Shown in pieces: positions 12,555 through 26,500 of a stretch of 62,549 nucleotides of DNA. Numbering within the stretch: the first letter of the stretch is position 1; each line of letters starts with the position of its first letter. The notes under the pieces were generated by a model, which did not search any database, had not been told where the DNA came from, and worked only from the letters and a program-made list of their open reading frames with translations. Origin of the DNA: Diadema antillarum (taxonomy: Eukaryota); contig NW_027272455.1 in NCBI RefSeq assembly GCF_040938485.1, positions 620,001-682,549 of the forward strand, written 5' to 3'. The position numbers and the translations under genes are program-made.

Positions 12555-15500
12555 AGCATGTTTCTATGCAAGCAGAGCTGCTATATCACAAAGACAAAAA
12601 AAATAGAATTGAAAAACCAGTTAACGGATGGACTCAGGGATGATGATGACAGAAGCGCTTTGGCTCTCCAAGATAATGGTGGGAAAAAAAGAACTTCTTT
12701 CCACAATATCTCAGAGAGGCTTTGCAGCAGTTGTCATTGTCAGATTGTAGAAGCAAGATGCATGTTGCTCCCGCTGATTGCTGCCTGCCTCTCTTGGTTA
12801 ACAACCAGGATCTACGTCCTGCAAAACAAGGAGATGCAACGTTTTCCAGCGATTCAATTTGAACCTGGGACGGGAGACATCGCTGTTTTCCTTCGTTTGG
12901 AATGTTACTTGGCATTCCCCTGCAAACGAGGTTGTGGATGAAGCCGAGGTGCGATTGTGTGTACCATCTCGTTTACGGGGCACTGTTGCGCAAGAGTTGA
13001 GAGTGGAGTAGCACTTGTTCCGTCAGAGTCCAAAGAGATTGCAAGCAACCTTGACTGTACAATGCTTGAGGAGAGTGATAAGCGAAGATGGGTTACTCGC
13101 AGAACGTGTGTTCAGTGCAATGGGTCTTGTTCTGTTTGTTTGGCAGAATGGTATGTGGCAGTGGTAAGGTGTGCTGAGTTGAACCAACACTGTTCAAAAA
13201 CAACTAACAAAATATGTAATTTTGAAGAAAAAAAACAGCAACAATATTCCAGCCAACCAATTACCTGTTGTATGGGTGAATCTTGGATTGTGTTATCTGA
13301 CTTACTCATGACATTCTGTTTGCAGTATCTAGTCTCTTCATGCCTGACACATACCTCATTGACTGGGGAGTTGTTTACGGCTGTCATACACTGACAGTAG
13401 ACTGCAGAGGGCGGCAGACAGCTTCAATGTGGGTTTGTCCCCCATAATGCTAGCTGCTTCCTGACACAAGGATTGTAATACACAATCAGTCTGTCAATGG
13501 CATTTCCTTGCTATCAAGTGTAATCTGTGAAACTGAATCAGATTTTATGCATTTTTATGAATAATAATCATGTTTACAAATCGACAGTTTTGCCATTTGA
13601 AGTACTCTCTTCATGGAAATGTGGATTCACATATCATTACTGGTAATTCCATTGTGAACTTGATTATGACAGAAACCTCCCTTAAGTTTGTCTTTTTGGG
13701 ATATGGAATTCTATTTGCAATGCAAACTTTCTTTACCTGCCTCAAAGAATGAATTGCAACTTTGACCAATGTTAGCCCAGCAGAAATATTGCATCCAAGG
13801 TGTAATTGAATAGAGTAATTCTGGTGTATTTACAAGTGATCACAAATTTATTGCTACATGTCATGTGGAAGATGCATTTTTACAAATTCCGACATGAAAT
13901 GATTAGTGGGACATTTTTGTATTTCATCGCATTAAGTATTAATTACATTAAACTGAAAAGTTAAGTGATTTTGTAAACTCCAAATGAACAAAGCTCATGA
14001 GATAGTTGTAATCTATAGAACCTAGCCCTCATAAATTCATGTCCATTATGACAGTCAGTTTGATCAGACAGGCAGGATAGCTTGCTCATTAATGGTCTAT
14101 TTCTTTATTTGTGATAAGATGAGTGGCTCTAGTGCATCTGATGCATGTCAAATCAAGAGAGTACCAAAGTGATGATGTCACAGTCTTCTGTTATAGCTAA
14201 GTGCTGGTTCCAAATGTGATATCCTCACACAAGGCTTCAGGCAGTGGGTTGGAACTGGATACAAGCATGGTTAGCAACCGTTGTGTTCACAGATAAATTG
14301 GGCTGCGTGATGTTACTTAGAACCAGTTTCCATGGCGCTGAATGACGATGATGTCACAGTTCAGTACTCTATTGTCTGTCTGTCCTTGAATTCACTAACG
14401 TGGCTGAACTCCAGAAGCTACAATGATGTATCCCTGAGTAGGGGCTATGCATATGCTTCTCTGGCAAGTGATAGCGGAGGTACTCCAATGTCTGTTCTCA
14501 CAGGTCGAAAGATGCACTCCTCTCCGACCAAAAAAAAAAAACAAAACCCAAAATAAAATGGAACAAAAATGAATGAAGTTGAGAACAATTGCATTATGAA
14601 AACAATTTCTAGAACATGCCAGATAACTGATGGATGAAATGGGCAAGTTTTTTTTCTTTTTACAAAATACAGATATGTTTCCATGTAGTCCTGATTTTCA
14701 TAATGAGCATTGGAATGAAATGTTTCTAGATACACAAAAAAGAAAAAAAGAAATAAAATGGGTGTCACATCAGAGTTTGGTCTTTAGTGTATTGGCCAAT
14801 CAAAGAAGGGGGGGGGGGGGGAAGCCCTTAAAAATCCCCCAAATTTCATAGTTTGAGTATCCACATGTGATGCAATGTGTGCATTTATTTGTGATCCCTT
14901 GCTCTGAGCTAGACCAGCACAGAACCCAATCCCTCAGCATGCATCTACATAATTATATGCTCCTTCCCACAGAAGCATGCATATTCACATATCAGATATC
15001 CTTTAAAAAATAAGATTAAAAGAAAGAAATCAATGTGACCTCTTATGTCATTTTCCAAATGCAATTATCAGTGTATGGTACAAAAGAATAAAAAATGTGG
15101 AAGAAGCAAGTACTGAGGTTTGCTGATAATTTCACTTTCTTTAACAAGAGCTTATGAATTGTGTCAGACTGAAACATACAAAGAATTATTTTCTATGCTT
15201 TTTAATTATGAATAGAAAGCATTGCTGTTTCAAATTTTTTGTACCATTTTGTATTAGAAGATGGTATTGCTAGGTAATCTTTAACAATTGTGGAACGTCT
15301 TTGCCTTGGAGGAATATTGTTATTGATGCAATGATGTTTTTCTCTACAAGGCAGTATGATATAGTATTCTGTATAAAATTGTGTAATTATTTGTAAATCA
15401 TGTAAATATGTGCAAAGAAATACTCCCTTTTTGTTTTCATGAAAAGTGATATGTATCGTAGGGGTCAGTTTCTGATTGCTTTTGTATTGTACAGTGTACA

Positions 15501-17399
15501 GATTTCAATCTAAGAGTTCAGAAGAAAAAAAAATCATTCCTTGTTTAAATGTGTTGGTTTATGTGCGTTGTGTTGTGAGATTGTTTTTTTTTTTTGTCAT
15601 CATGTTAATTTAAAGGAGAGGATTTAGTCGTGAATAGAATAGACAACGGACATACTGGTTGATTGTGCGTCTGCAGGTCTGCGTATAAAGTGTGTGTTTG
15701 TAAGCATGTTGACAATCACACTCATGTGGTGATCATTTGTCATTGTGCTAGGATGGCTGCAGGGAAACTTTGTACAGTGTAGAAACAAACAGTGCACAGC
15801 TCTTCAATTGTCATGCTCATTTCTCACTGGAGATAACATTTGTTTGTTGGTTTTATTTTAGTACAATTATGTGCTAACTTATATCCTAGTCATTTATCCT
15901 ACTCTTGTTCCATCTGTCATATTGTGATATTGCTGTGCACTATTTGTTGAACCTAAAAGAAAAAGAGAAAAAAAAAAAACAAAACAAAACAAAAGGAAAG
16001 AGGCAAGAAAATGGATGTATAGATCCTGGATCACGTTGACTTTGACTTCACAGCAGTACAACCATGTATTGAAGTACCGGTATGTCTGTATATTGTGCTG
16101 TAGGTCAAATTTACACATGAAACTCACTCCTCTGCATGGTACTTTGTTCAGAGCTTATCCAAAGCCTGTTGACCATGGCAATACAATTCATCAGATATGA
16201 CTTATTTGTTAGTTCGATATTTTTGTAGGGATCTGTACATCCAACCATTGACAGCAAGACCATCCATTTCCCATAAATATGTTGTCGTTCCTTTTCTCAT
16301 TTGTTTTCTTTTACATAGCTTCTAAGACAACACAACACCTTGATAGCTCAGTGATCTACGTCGCATTAATTACATACCTGCTTGCAGTAGAAAAGTGAAT
16401 CATTAAAACAATTTGGAATGTGGTGATTGAAATTCATGCAAATTTGCTGTTTTTTTGTTTTGTTTCATGTTTTTTTTTAACCACAATTGTCCAGATGAAA
16501 ACGTAGGCCTTATCATTTCTAGGAGACTTAAGAAAAGAAATTAAATCAGAAGATTTTGGAAAAGACTGATGAAAATTGGCATGTTTCACCTGTCATGCTG
16601 ATGTTGAAGTCTGTAAAAACATTCTTCCTCAAGTAATTCTATGTCTTATTAATTTCTGTGATTTTTTTTTTTAATATATATATACATGTCGGAAAAGCTG
16701 TGTCAACTCAAATTTACCATTGCAAGAGTCAGGATTCCTATCTTGCCCCTCACCCCGACTTGATGGTGCACACCTTAAAGAGCTAACCGTGAGCCAATTA
16801 ACCTTAAATGAAATCAATTGATTGTGATAGGTGTTGGTATGTGGGACGATGTTGTGTATCCTCATGGTGACATTTCCTGCCAAATAGTTCAATCTATTTT
16901 CAGCTTGGTTCTCCCACTTCCAATTAACAAATGTCCTGGAACATCTAAAATTGAGACCATCCCTGAGCTACACGAGTGCATCCTTTGGTGGAATATAAAG
17001 TTCTTGCATAAAAAACTTGAATTTAGTCTGATTGAAGTTAAAGCTGAGCGGTTACATTTATTCTAGATGACAAGCCATTTGAATATTAGAATACCTTTAT
17101 TGTCTGTTTATTTTATTTCAGCAAGAAGAAGAAAGGGAAAATTTGTTTTTAATATTGCTGTCATGATAAATGGCATGCATCTCCAATTCATTTCATTATA
17201 ATTTTGCTTGTTACAATGGAAAAAAAGAAGAAGAGAAAAAGTATGTAGGAATTTATGCTCAAGAGTTGATTTTCTTTCAGCCTTTTTCACATTTTTTTTT
17301 TGATTTGTTTGTTGGTTTTTTACTTGAAAGTGAAAAACATGATATAATTTTTTAGAAATATCTTGCCTTTCAAAAACACAAAACAAACCCTCAGTAACT

Positions 17400-17524
17400 G
17401 TCAGTAACAACTGCCACATTATGACAAATTTGCTCTCAGCCAATCAGATGCAAGGATTTCAGTTGCTGATAACAACTATCGTAACTTGTTATTGATAACA
17501 AGTTTTATGAAACGGGGGCCCAGG
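17400..17524 (-). mobile_element. Probable MITE fragment (one terminal repeat)
   Basis: Ends ...ttgttattgataacaagttttatgaaacggggcccagg, a GC-capped terminus with internal GATAAC/GTTAT repeats. The partner terminus was not found. Confidence 0.35.
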
Positions 17525-19584
17525 TCGCCACCTATTCTCCATGCCAGTGAGATACCCACTTAAAGTCCTGAGAAATGGTTATGGTTTAGTGCATTCAAAT
17601 CCCTCCAGTGTCTAGTGAAGTTTGCTGAAATAGGGAGCACTCCCCTGTGTGTCGAGTATTTCAAAAAAAATGCTAAGGATATTTGTGGATTGTCAAATCT
17701 GTCACAATGCTGACCTTACAGTTCCTGTCTGTCAAAATAACATATTATATGTAAGCACTCATCGAGGGCAGCAGATAGTTTCCTTCCTTACTTTACAGCT
17801 TTAGATTCATCATTGTCTCATTTACATAAAGTCTATTGCTGCCGAATATGCAGAATCGAGCAGTGTGAGGGTGTTTGCCTGATTGCTTCTCCCACATTGT
17901 ATGCATATTTCTAGCACAAAGGATTCTTTGAACAACTGTGTGGATTGTGTCACCTTCCCCCTCCCTTGATGGATATTATAGTTTTAAGAAATGCAAGATA
18001 TATTGGACCAATCAAAATTTCAGTTGGGGATTGTGTGTGTTCACCTGTTTTTCTGTTAACATTAAAATGCAGGACTGGATTGGGTTTGTGCTTATTCAGT
18101 TGTGGTTCCTGCTGTGCACTTGCATTATTATGTTCATTGGCCACAAAGAAATTTGCATGTATTTTGCAAGTTCTGTGTAATGGGGGAGCGGAGTGTATAC
18201 TCTGTGCATACATAGTTTGTTACTCTTGCATTATTTTCTGGTATGAAACAAAATTAGTAATAGAACAACAGATTATCAGTAACATACAATGAAATTGGGG
18301 ACAGAGTGATCATGTCTGATTTCTCAAGTTTTGCAAGGATTTTTCTGCAGACATTTCACAGCAGTGACAATATGAGACTTTTTGAAGGCTCTTGCATGTT
18401 CTCGTTACTACCTTATATCTCCTCAAAGTTTGAAAGCCATTCACCTTCTCAGTGAAATGATCACTTGACTTGAGGCTAATGCAGGCATAAAAGCATAAAA
18501 AGTTCATTATTCTTAGATGAGACAGGAGAAAAATAAAGGATTTAAGCTTTTTGTTTGTTTGTTGTTTTTTTAAGGGATTTTTAAAAGTGGTAATGCTAAT
18601 TTCCACTGCAAAGAGCCGGAGATGACAGCTGTTGACAATGTTGATTTCCTGCATAATGGAACACATGACCAATTTAATATAAAGATAGTTTGCCACGATA
18701 TTTGCAGGAAAATATCTCAAATTGGTTCATTGATCAACTGATAATGCAAATGTGGTAAAGGTACTCACAAACACGCACACATGCACACACACACACACTA
18801 CACATGTGATGGTACTCTGTACTAGCTTGTTATGTGTTATGGACACATGTCCATCTTTTATTTTGTCTCCTACTGTAGCAGACTTACAAATGATTTTTCT
18901 TGTGTCATCTGGCGATATAAGATGTCTTTGATTGTGAATGAAGTCTACAGCTTGCAATAATTTTCCAGTAATAATGGATGGAAATTCTTTGAATTATTTT
19001 CTTTTCAAATTAAGAAGTGAGGTCCTCCACTGATACATGTGTCTGTGGGAACCAAAGGTCGGTATGGCTATGCAAAATCTTCTGAGTTCATTTTTTTTTT
19101 CTCTTTTTTGTGCTGAATCTCAACTATAAGTGGGGGAGTGGCATTCCCCATAAAGGATAGGGGTACCTACTCCTTATAAAATGACACTGAATAATTAAGA
19201 ATAAAGTAATGTGTTTGTGTTTGTTAGGGACTCTTAACACGCATTAGTGTGATAAAAACATCTCAACCCAAATAGTTCTTAGCAATTTTCCCATTATTTC
19301 TCATGTCCATGATATTTTTCCTTTTTTCTCTCTTTCTTGTACTCTCACTTTAGCTCACTTTTTGTTGTTGTTGTTGCAAACAAAAGATTTGCAGTATATG
19401 TGTTTTGTGTAATTGTCCATATTTAGTCTCCTTTGTTTGATACTCTTTTATTTATCATCAATTGCCAGGAATATTTGTATATCGGGAAGCATTTGATTTG
19501 CTGTCACTGAAGGCTCTTGCATTGTCATTCAGAATTATTTATTTACTTACTGCTAGTTTGTTTGTGTACAGTATATGTATGTAA

Positions 19585-19650
19585 AATAAAAGGGATGAAA
19601 ACAAACGTATCGATGGAACATCAAGTGTTGTGTTTCCTCTTTTTTTTTCC
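19585..19650 (+). terminator. Candidate distal polyadenylation signal for MAU2
   Basis: AATAAA 19585-19590 preceded by three TGTA motifs and followed by a GT/T-rich tract (gtgttgtgtttcctcttttttttcc). Assignment to MAU2 is inference. Confidence 0.4.
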
Positions 19651-19687
19651 TATTGAGTCTTCATGGTGAGACAAGTAGAAACAAATT

Positions 19688-19690
<3 letters not shown>

Positions 19691-19728
<38 letters not shown>

Positions 19729-19777
19729 TTAAAACCTAAAATGGCGTTTTAATGCCATGTTAGGTTTTAATCTCATA

Positions 19778-19818
<41 letters not shown>
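19691..19818. repeat. (TA)n arrays enclosing a 54-nt hairpin element
   Basis: Arms ATGAGATTAAAACCTAAAATGGC (19723-19745) and GCCATGTTAGGTTTTAATCTCAT (19754-19776) match at 22/23; related shorter copy at 21031-21069. Confidence 0.85.
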
Positions 19819-19820
<2 letters not shown>

Positions 19821-20868
19821 GCAAATGAAGAGACAGTTGTTACTACACCTGTTTTTGGATGTCTTATCATGTAATATTGGTGCATATCGTTAGTTCAGTT
19901 TATTTGTCATAATCGTATATGACTGTTTTAAAAGCAGAGTGTATGACCCTCACAGAAACACATTTATGAAATAGTGTATTCTTATTGCAAAAGTTCTTCA
20001 TTGACTTATTATGGAACAAAATAGTTGTTGAGATCATAGAACATAATCATTAATGCTGCATACACTCAAGTTTATTCCTTTTTCATTGAATATCAGCAGT
20101 TTAATTTCATTTTCATATTTCTCATATGAAGATACATCAAAATAAAAAATACAAAGGAGGATGATATGCCTGGACAAACTGGTGAATGACACTGAATGCT
20201 GGGGTTATGAAAGGAATATAAAGAAACATGGGGGTCTACATGACTGTATGAAAGCAGACAATCCATTCAAAATTTATGAATTTTTAAAGGTTTTGTGCAG
20301 TTACTGCTGGATGAGAAGACTACTACAGTTTATGATGTATCAAATAGAACAATAAATGGAAATACACAAAGAATTAGATATAAAGTACACACTCCCTCCA
20401 GTTATTACTGACTGATGGTAAGTGTAACATTATTCCCCCGCCTTCTGAAAGAGATAAGTCAAGTGCTCTTTTATTATGCGAGAAAGGGAAAATATGTTGA
20501 ATTTTCTTTATATTTTCTTTATATAATTTTACACATATGACATCACAAGCTATAGCAGCCTTCTCATCCAGTGATGGTGACACTCAAAACTTAAAAAAAA
20601 AAATCATACCTTTTGAAGGATTGTCTGATTTTCCTCAAACTTTCACAGATGTTTTCTACCAATATTGTTGCATTCTCTCACTACACATGTATTTGGAGAG
20701 GAACTTGTACTTTTAGGCACTGCAAACAGTATCAGAGTTACATCTTACATAATTAAGATTGCTCTAAAATCCTCAAATAATGATGCAATTTAAAAACATT
20801 TATTCCTTTGTAGTACTGATATCATTCAAATATATTGCTTTTACATTATTTCTTTTGAAATATATCAA

Positions 20869-21005
20869 NNNNNNNNNNNNNNNNNNNNNNNNNNNNNNNN
20901 NNNNNNNNNNNNNNNNNNNNNNNNNNNNNNNNNNNNNNNNNNNNNNNNNNNNNNNNNNNNNNNNNNNNNNNNNNNNNNNNNNNNNNNNNNNNNNNNNNNN
21001 NNNNN
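20869..21005. other. Assembly gap (137 N)
   Basis: Run of n; the right flank is TATG/TA-rich. Confidence 1.
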
Positions 21006-21749
21006 TGTATGTATTATGTATGTATATATTATGTGATAAAAATTAATGCCATTTTAGGTTTTATCACATATATACATACATAATACATACATACATGCAT
21101 ACCAATCATTAAAAACCTTATTATTATGAAGTTAACAATATAATCATTGCTATGGTGAAAAACAACATTTTGTTCTCGCAGATGGCACTCTGAAAGTACG
21201 ACACTGAAACAAAAGCAAAACAAAACAAAACAAAAAACAAGCATAAAGGCTTTTTATGCATGATGGAATTGGAGTTAATTTTCACAACCTTTTCTTACAT
21301 GATTGTCTTTCAAAGGGTACCGTTCAAAGTGAAATCAAGGCCAGTTTTTGGAGTAAAAATTATAAACGAAGTGAGATGAAAAGAAAAACCAACTTCTTAA
21401 TTTATATTTCAGCTCAAAAATCCTAAAGCAAAGGGAATGAAACATGTTTTCTCACTTGCATATTACGTTGGTATTATCAATTTATATGTATTTTCTGTTG
21501 GAGAGACATTATGGGGTTTCTTCCATGAGAAATAATGTCCGTTAATCAGGAAAGGCAACAAAACCATATAGTATTGGGTGATACGAGCACATTTTCTGCA
21601 TGTTGCACTGGGGGATGTATGAAGATTTTCATATGAGTTTCCAAAGGAAGGTGCTTATAAGGAATGCCTCTTCCCAAAAGATGGAGATATTTTATTTCTT
21701 TTTTTTTTACACAATTGAATTCATAAAAGGGAAAAAAGTCCAGTAACAC

Positions 21750-24700
21750 CAATTAGTCGGCCCCAAAATCACGGATGACTGCGCGGAACTCTTATTCAGA
21801 GCCTGATCGCTATTGATCTACCCTAACTCTACCTGTAAGGAGTGAAACACGTCATATGACTAATTTGCATAAATACAGGGCGTGACAAGTCAGATAGAAA
21901 CGGTGATGGTAAGCCAAAATCACACTAGCAACGGTATCATCACTTGCATACCCCTCACCACGCACACAACACACATACCACGCTCATCAGCGATAGCCCC
22001 ATTATACGTATACCCTCATGCATGATGCATGAATGTTTGGTTGTTTTCTTGCTGACTCAGCCAATTATGGTGTGTCTTCTAAACGCGAGTTTGTGTGAAG
22101 AGGCACTTGGCTCACGGCCAAAACAATGTTGCTACGCAAGGGAACTATTTGATTACAAGTTCGGTTCGATCTGCACACTTCGACTAACCCCTTCTTGGAC
22201 ATTTCTGAGCTGATGAGAGGTGGACTCCATATTCTAGGTCCGAATCTCGTATCGGTTTGTGCTCATTCCCAGCTGATAACAAAAGTCTATTGTAAGAAGG
22301 ATAAGTTATGAAGATAACTATCAATAATCGTGATTTCCCCCTTAAAGTCCACCGTTTCACCGTTCTTGTATATTCCATCACATTTGGGCTAAGATCAACC
22401 TCTTACATGCCCGAGGACAAAGTACAAATGAGATGATCCAAAATTGCGTTATCATGAAGATGATTATGAATAGAAGGTCAATGACCTCTAGCGAGGGCTG
22501 AAGCTCGTCGATGACGACAACCATATCGGTTGAATCCGTCGGGTATCAAAGAGATGCTCAACAAATTCGAGTAATACGTGTATACTTTATATGACTTATC
22601 ATCAACAGTTGGAATGAACGTATTATTTACGGTGTGCAACTTGTTTGTTTGTTTATTTTTCAGTTGGTTAGCAAGTGATTCTGGAATGTATAAGTATCCA
22701 TCTCACTGAGAGCGTCGATAACGTCATTTCTTGTGGATATATGATAGCTATAGATCATAAATACTGAATGTGTCAAGTCGAGTTTTTCTCTGCTCGAGGT
22801 ACAGCATGTATACTTTATATTCTGTCCACCTCTATCTTGTTAATAAATCGTATAGCTTGACTCGTACACAGGGTGGTTGACTTTGAATGTTTTGTCTAGT
22901 TGACTTTTAATATTATTAAGAAAAGTATGCGCGGCTGTTTCAAATTCTGACGTTTGATATAGAAGGTTTCCATACTGAAACTTTGTTCAAAGTGATTAAA
23001 AAAATCATCTCGTAAATCGAGAACCTGGAACTAATACCTGCCGCTGAGAAACGAACATGTTCCACCGAGGGATGAGAATATATACCCGACGTGATTTACC
23101 AGATCAAGGGTTAGTCACCATGCACGTGCATAAAATGCGTCCCTGTCGAAACAACTGATCAAGTTTGGCGGGCAAATCGGCAACAGTGAGCTCGAGGATT
23201 TTGCATTTTTGCTTGAGATTTAATGTATAAAATTCTGAATTCTGCGCAGAAGATAGATTCACATAACTTGACGACAATTAATAATCTTGCTAGTAATTGA
23301 GAGACACGTCACACTGAGTTAAAAAAAGTGAATCAAACTATAACTGGATGACGCAAGCGAGGTTGAAAGAGCTCGATTAAAAGAGAGGTCGGGTTCTCTG
23401 CATGCGTTGTTTTGTGAAAGACCTTCTGTTCCTGTGAAAATGAACTATTGAAACAAAAGGTATTGTATATACCACATGTCTAACGGTTATATGATTTATT
23501 TTTTAGCATTCTTACCAAATAATGAGCATACTTTTAATGAAGAAAGACGAAACTGCAAACAGACACACGCACCAAAATATATCTACGCTCATGCGCGTTG
23601 ACGAGACGTGTGAGAAAAACGATTCAGCACCATTCTATCTAACTGCCAAAAGTGAGGTATTATAGAATACTGAATCGTCGAACCAGATGTGACATATCAC
23701 ATAACTATGAGAGAAAGGCTACATCATTATTTTGTAATTGCAAGTCCACGGAATGTGGACTAAGTTTAGTCGCCTTTAAAGCCGATGGACGAAAATAGAC
23801 TTTGCGTTCACTTTAAATAAGAAACATCAGAAATCAGAGTAATTTCTAAGCTAGATGTTTAGCCTTTATCATCACTCGGTCTTGCATCGCAGAATTATGA
23901 TTCTACGTAATTACATCATAGAGGCATCTAAATATGACTATAACATCGTGGTTTAGAAAATAGATTTTTGGTGCTCTTAGACAATCGTCCACTGCCAATG
24001 TGGAGAGAGTCCAATAAGTTAAAAGAAGAAGAAGAAAACGAATTAATTGGAAGCAAGTGAATATATATGTTTCGTTTTTTCTTCATATGCTTCATTACTT
24101 ATCAGATTCTTAAAGTAAGAGAAGTAATCGCACTATATTCCCTGTGCTTTACAAGTGATGCGCTCAAATTAACCCGTCTTCCTTCACTATACGGAAGACG
24201 AAAATCTGATGTGTTTGACATTCATCACCACCGGCTATAATCAATCGGTGTCTAGAACCTATATTGCTCTGAAGTAACGAAGAAAAAAGGTGAGTGAAAA
24301 GGGAAGAGTACCAACTCCCTTGATTATCAACACTGAAGAAATAGTAAGTTTTGTTTTTCTCCTCGTAGCAGTAGGCCTATAAATTTAATTCCTCGTGCTG
24401 ACTGATTTTGTACTATCACTACTTGCTACCCCAAATGAACAGATCAATCAAGAACATAAAAAAGAACCAAGAGAAAATATTGACTTGATGTAAAACCTCC
24501 AAAGAAAAAAAAGTAACATAACACTTCTGAAGGGAGTAACAACTTCATGAGTTGAAAAAACAAATGTATATCTTGTACTCCAGTGCAAAAGTGCGAAAAC
24601 TTGTAGCGCAACACGGGTAACGAAATGAACACACGCATGATGTAATAGACCCGTCTCACGTCACAGAACAACTCACATTGGGGCGTTATTGTATGATATG

Positions 24701-26500
24701 ATAACATATACCTCATCTTTGCAAACATAATTGGATATTATAGGCAATTATATCAATACAAAATAAAAGGATACATCTACTAGCCCCTTCTGGCTATGGT
24801 TCACTAATCACACATTTTCATATATCGCATCTGGGATTCTTATGTCACTGAAATAAACAATTTTGTTTACTGATACAATTGTTAAAGTTGGAACTTTTGG
24901 TCAAATATGTTAAGTCACTGTCCCAACATGGAAACTTCAAGAGAATGTTTGTCGATAGTGTAGTCTCTATTGGCCAGGTGGACAGTCACGTGATAAGCCG
25001 GGCGGATGTGTACTGGGAAGATTGTTTACTTGTAAACAATTTGTTTTGGTTAGCCCTGAGCACCAGTGCGGGCGACCCCTACGGTAAACAACAATCTGAA
25101 CCTTCGCCATTTTTTACGGAAATTGAGGTCGATGTGGACAATGCGAGGAATGAGAAAGTTGGTCTGTGCACTTAGCAATAGTTTGGCTTCCTACTGCCAC
25201 TATGTTGAATGATGGAGTCTTTGGGAATTATAATTGGATATGATATTTTGTTTGAATCGTGTGGTGCCTGAATCGTGAGATTGTCAACTTTCCTATTGAC
25301 GACCCCTTTTACACGGGATCCTCCACTATTGGCCGGAGATTTGAATATCACGGGGACTCGAGGTCATTACTAACCCCTGCGCATTTCCATGTTTTGATTC
25401 AGGTAATGGCTTCTCACTTTAACTTTTTATTTTTGTTTCAATTTTGTAACATTCATATCAAAGATAATTTGCTTGACCATGTAATTTAATAATACCAAAT
25501 ATTTCTGAAACTTTGAACCGGTCGCGAAATTTTATGACGTCTTTCCCCTCCAGCTCTCCATGGAAGTGGCGAAGCGGTATCCCCCTTTGAAAATGAACAT
25601 GAAGGAGTTTGAATGGAAAGTACGGAGAACTTAAGAAAAAACAGTTTTATGTGGAAGTCGGAGTTAATATGGCATTAATTCGTATGAATTTGTGTTCTTA
25701 CCATTACAATGTGTCAAGGGCATGTCTTGCATCTCCTATTTTGTTCAGATGAGGGAGAAATCAGTTGCTAAATGTGCGAGTAATTTTTCGTGTAGACTAG
25801 TTTTTGTGTATGTTTTGTGTGTGAGACTGCGCGCGCCACGTTTTACACATGTAACGCTTCGGAGACAAATGTAGATTCTGTAACGTTACAGCGGAGATTT
25901 TTTTCTCCCGTCGAGAATGCTACGCGGTCGAAATGCGTGGAATACTCGCCGGTAAAGGGTCATCATTTAACTAATAAGCGGCGATTATCATATGAAATTT
26001 GATGTAATGTTGAATGTAGGACACAGAAATGTGTTTATAAGATCGTTTCTGGAAGGGAATCGAAAGAAAATGCTCAGTTTCACCAGGAGACTTTATTGAT
26101 TTTCAAAGGCTTGCACGTGGGGTATTGTGCACAGCTGCACGCAAATGGGGGTTAGCTTCGGTGAGAACAAGTGCAAACTGACAACTTGCTTGCCTGCAGT
26201 GTATGAGACGCACACAACTGCAGCTACTGTACTGGCTAGAACTTAGAAGAAGTAATGTTGCTCAGACTCCCTAGTTATCTCTACACCACAATGTGGGTCA
26301 GCATTGTTTGAATCAAAGTGACTCTGATACATTAGATCTAGGTCTAAATCAAATGGCGAAAGAAAGAACCACCAGCCACTAACATACTAGTTTCGTGTAA
26401 ATTTATATGATGAGTATTTATGACAGAGCATGTCGCCTGCCTGATTTTTAAATCGATCTTGCGGTTGCAGTGTGATGCTGTAGGTCAAACTGTTGGCTGG
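21750..26500. promoter_or_regulatory. CpG-retaining intergenic/promoter domain upstream of GATAD2
   Basis: By eye, CpG dinucleotides are frequent here and scarce (replaced by TG/CA) in the flanking gene bodies, except inside young repeats. Boundaries are approximate. Confidence 0.6.
24960..25120 (+). promoter_or_regulatory. Probable GATAD2 core promoter
   Basis: Clustered housekeeping-type motifs: reverse CCAAT box ATTGG 24969-24973, E-box GTCACGTGAT 24985-24994, YY1-type CGCCATTTT 25105-25113; further ATTGG near 25329 and ETS-like GGAAGT near 25562 and 25653. The TSS is not directly visible. Confidence 0.5.

Noticed and set aside
12558-13394. 127-aa and 145-aa + ORFs and short - ORFs in a slightly GC-richer stretch after the MAU2 stop
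   Set aside because: No recognisable domain. The two longest minus-strand frames I extended by hand close quickly at stops. Most simply 3' UTR.
21863-21870. Octamer ATTTGCAT as an snRNA or histone promoter
   Set aside because: No snRNA or histone sequence nearby; about two matches are expected by chance in this window.
22100-22175. tRNA/SINE-like B-box (GGTTCGATC) with a weak upstream A-box
   Set aside because: No cloverleaf, no acceptor stem and no other copy in the window.
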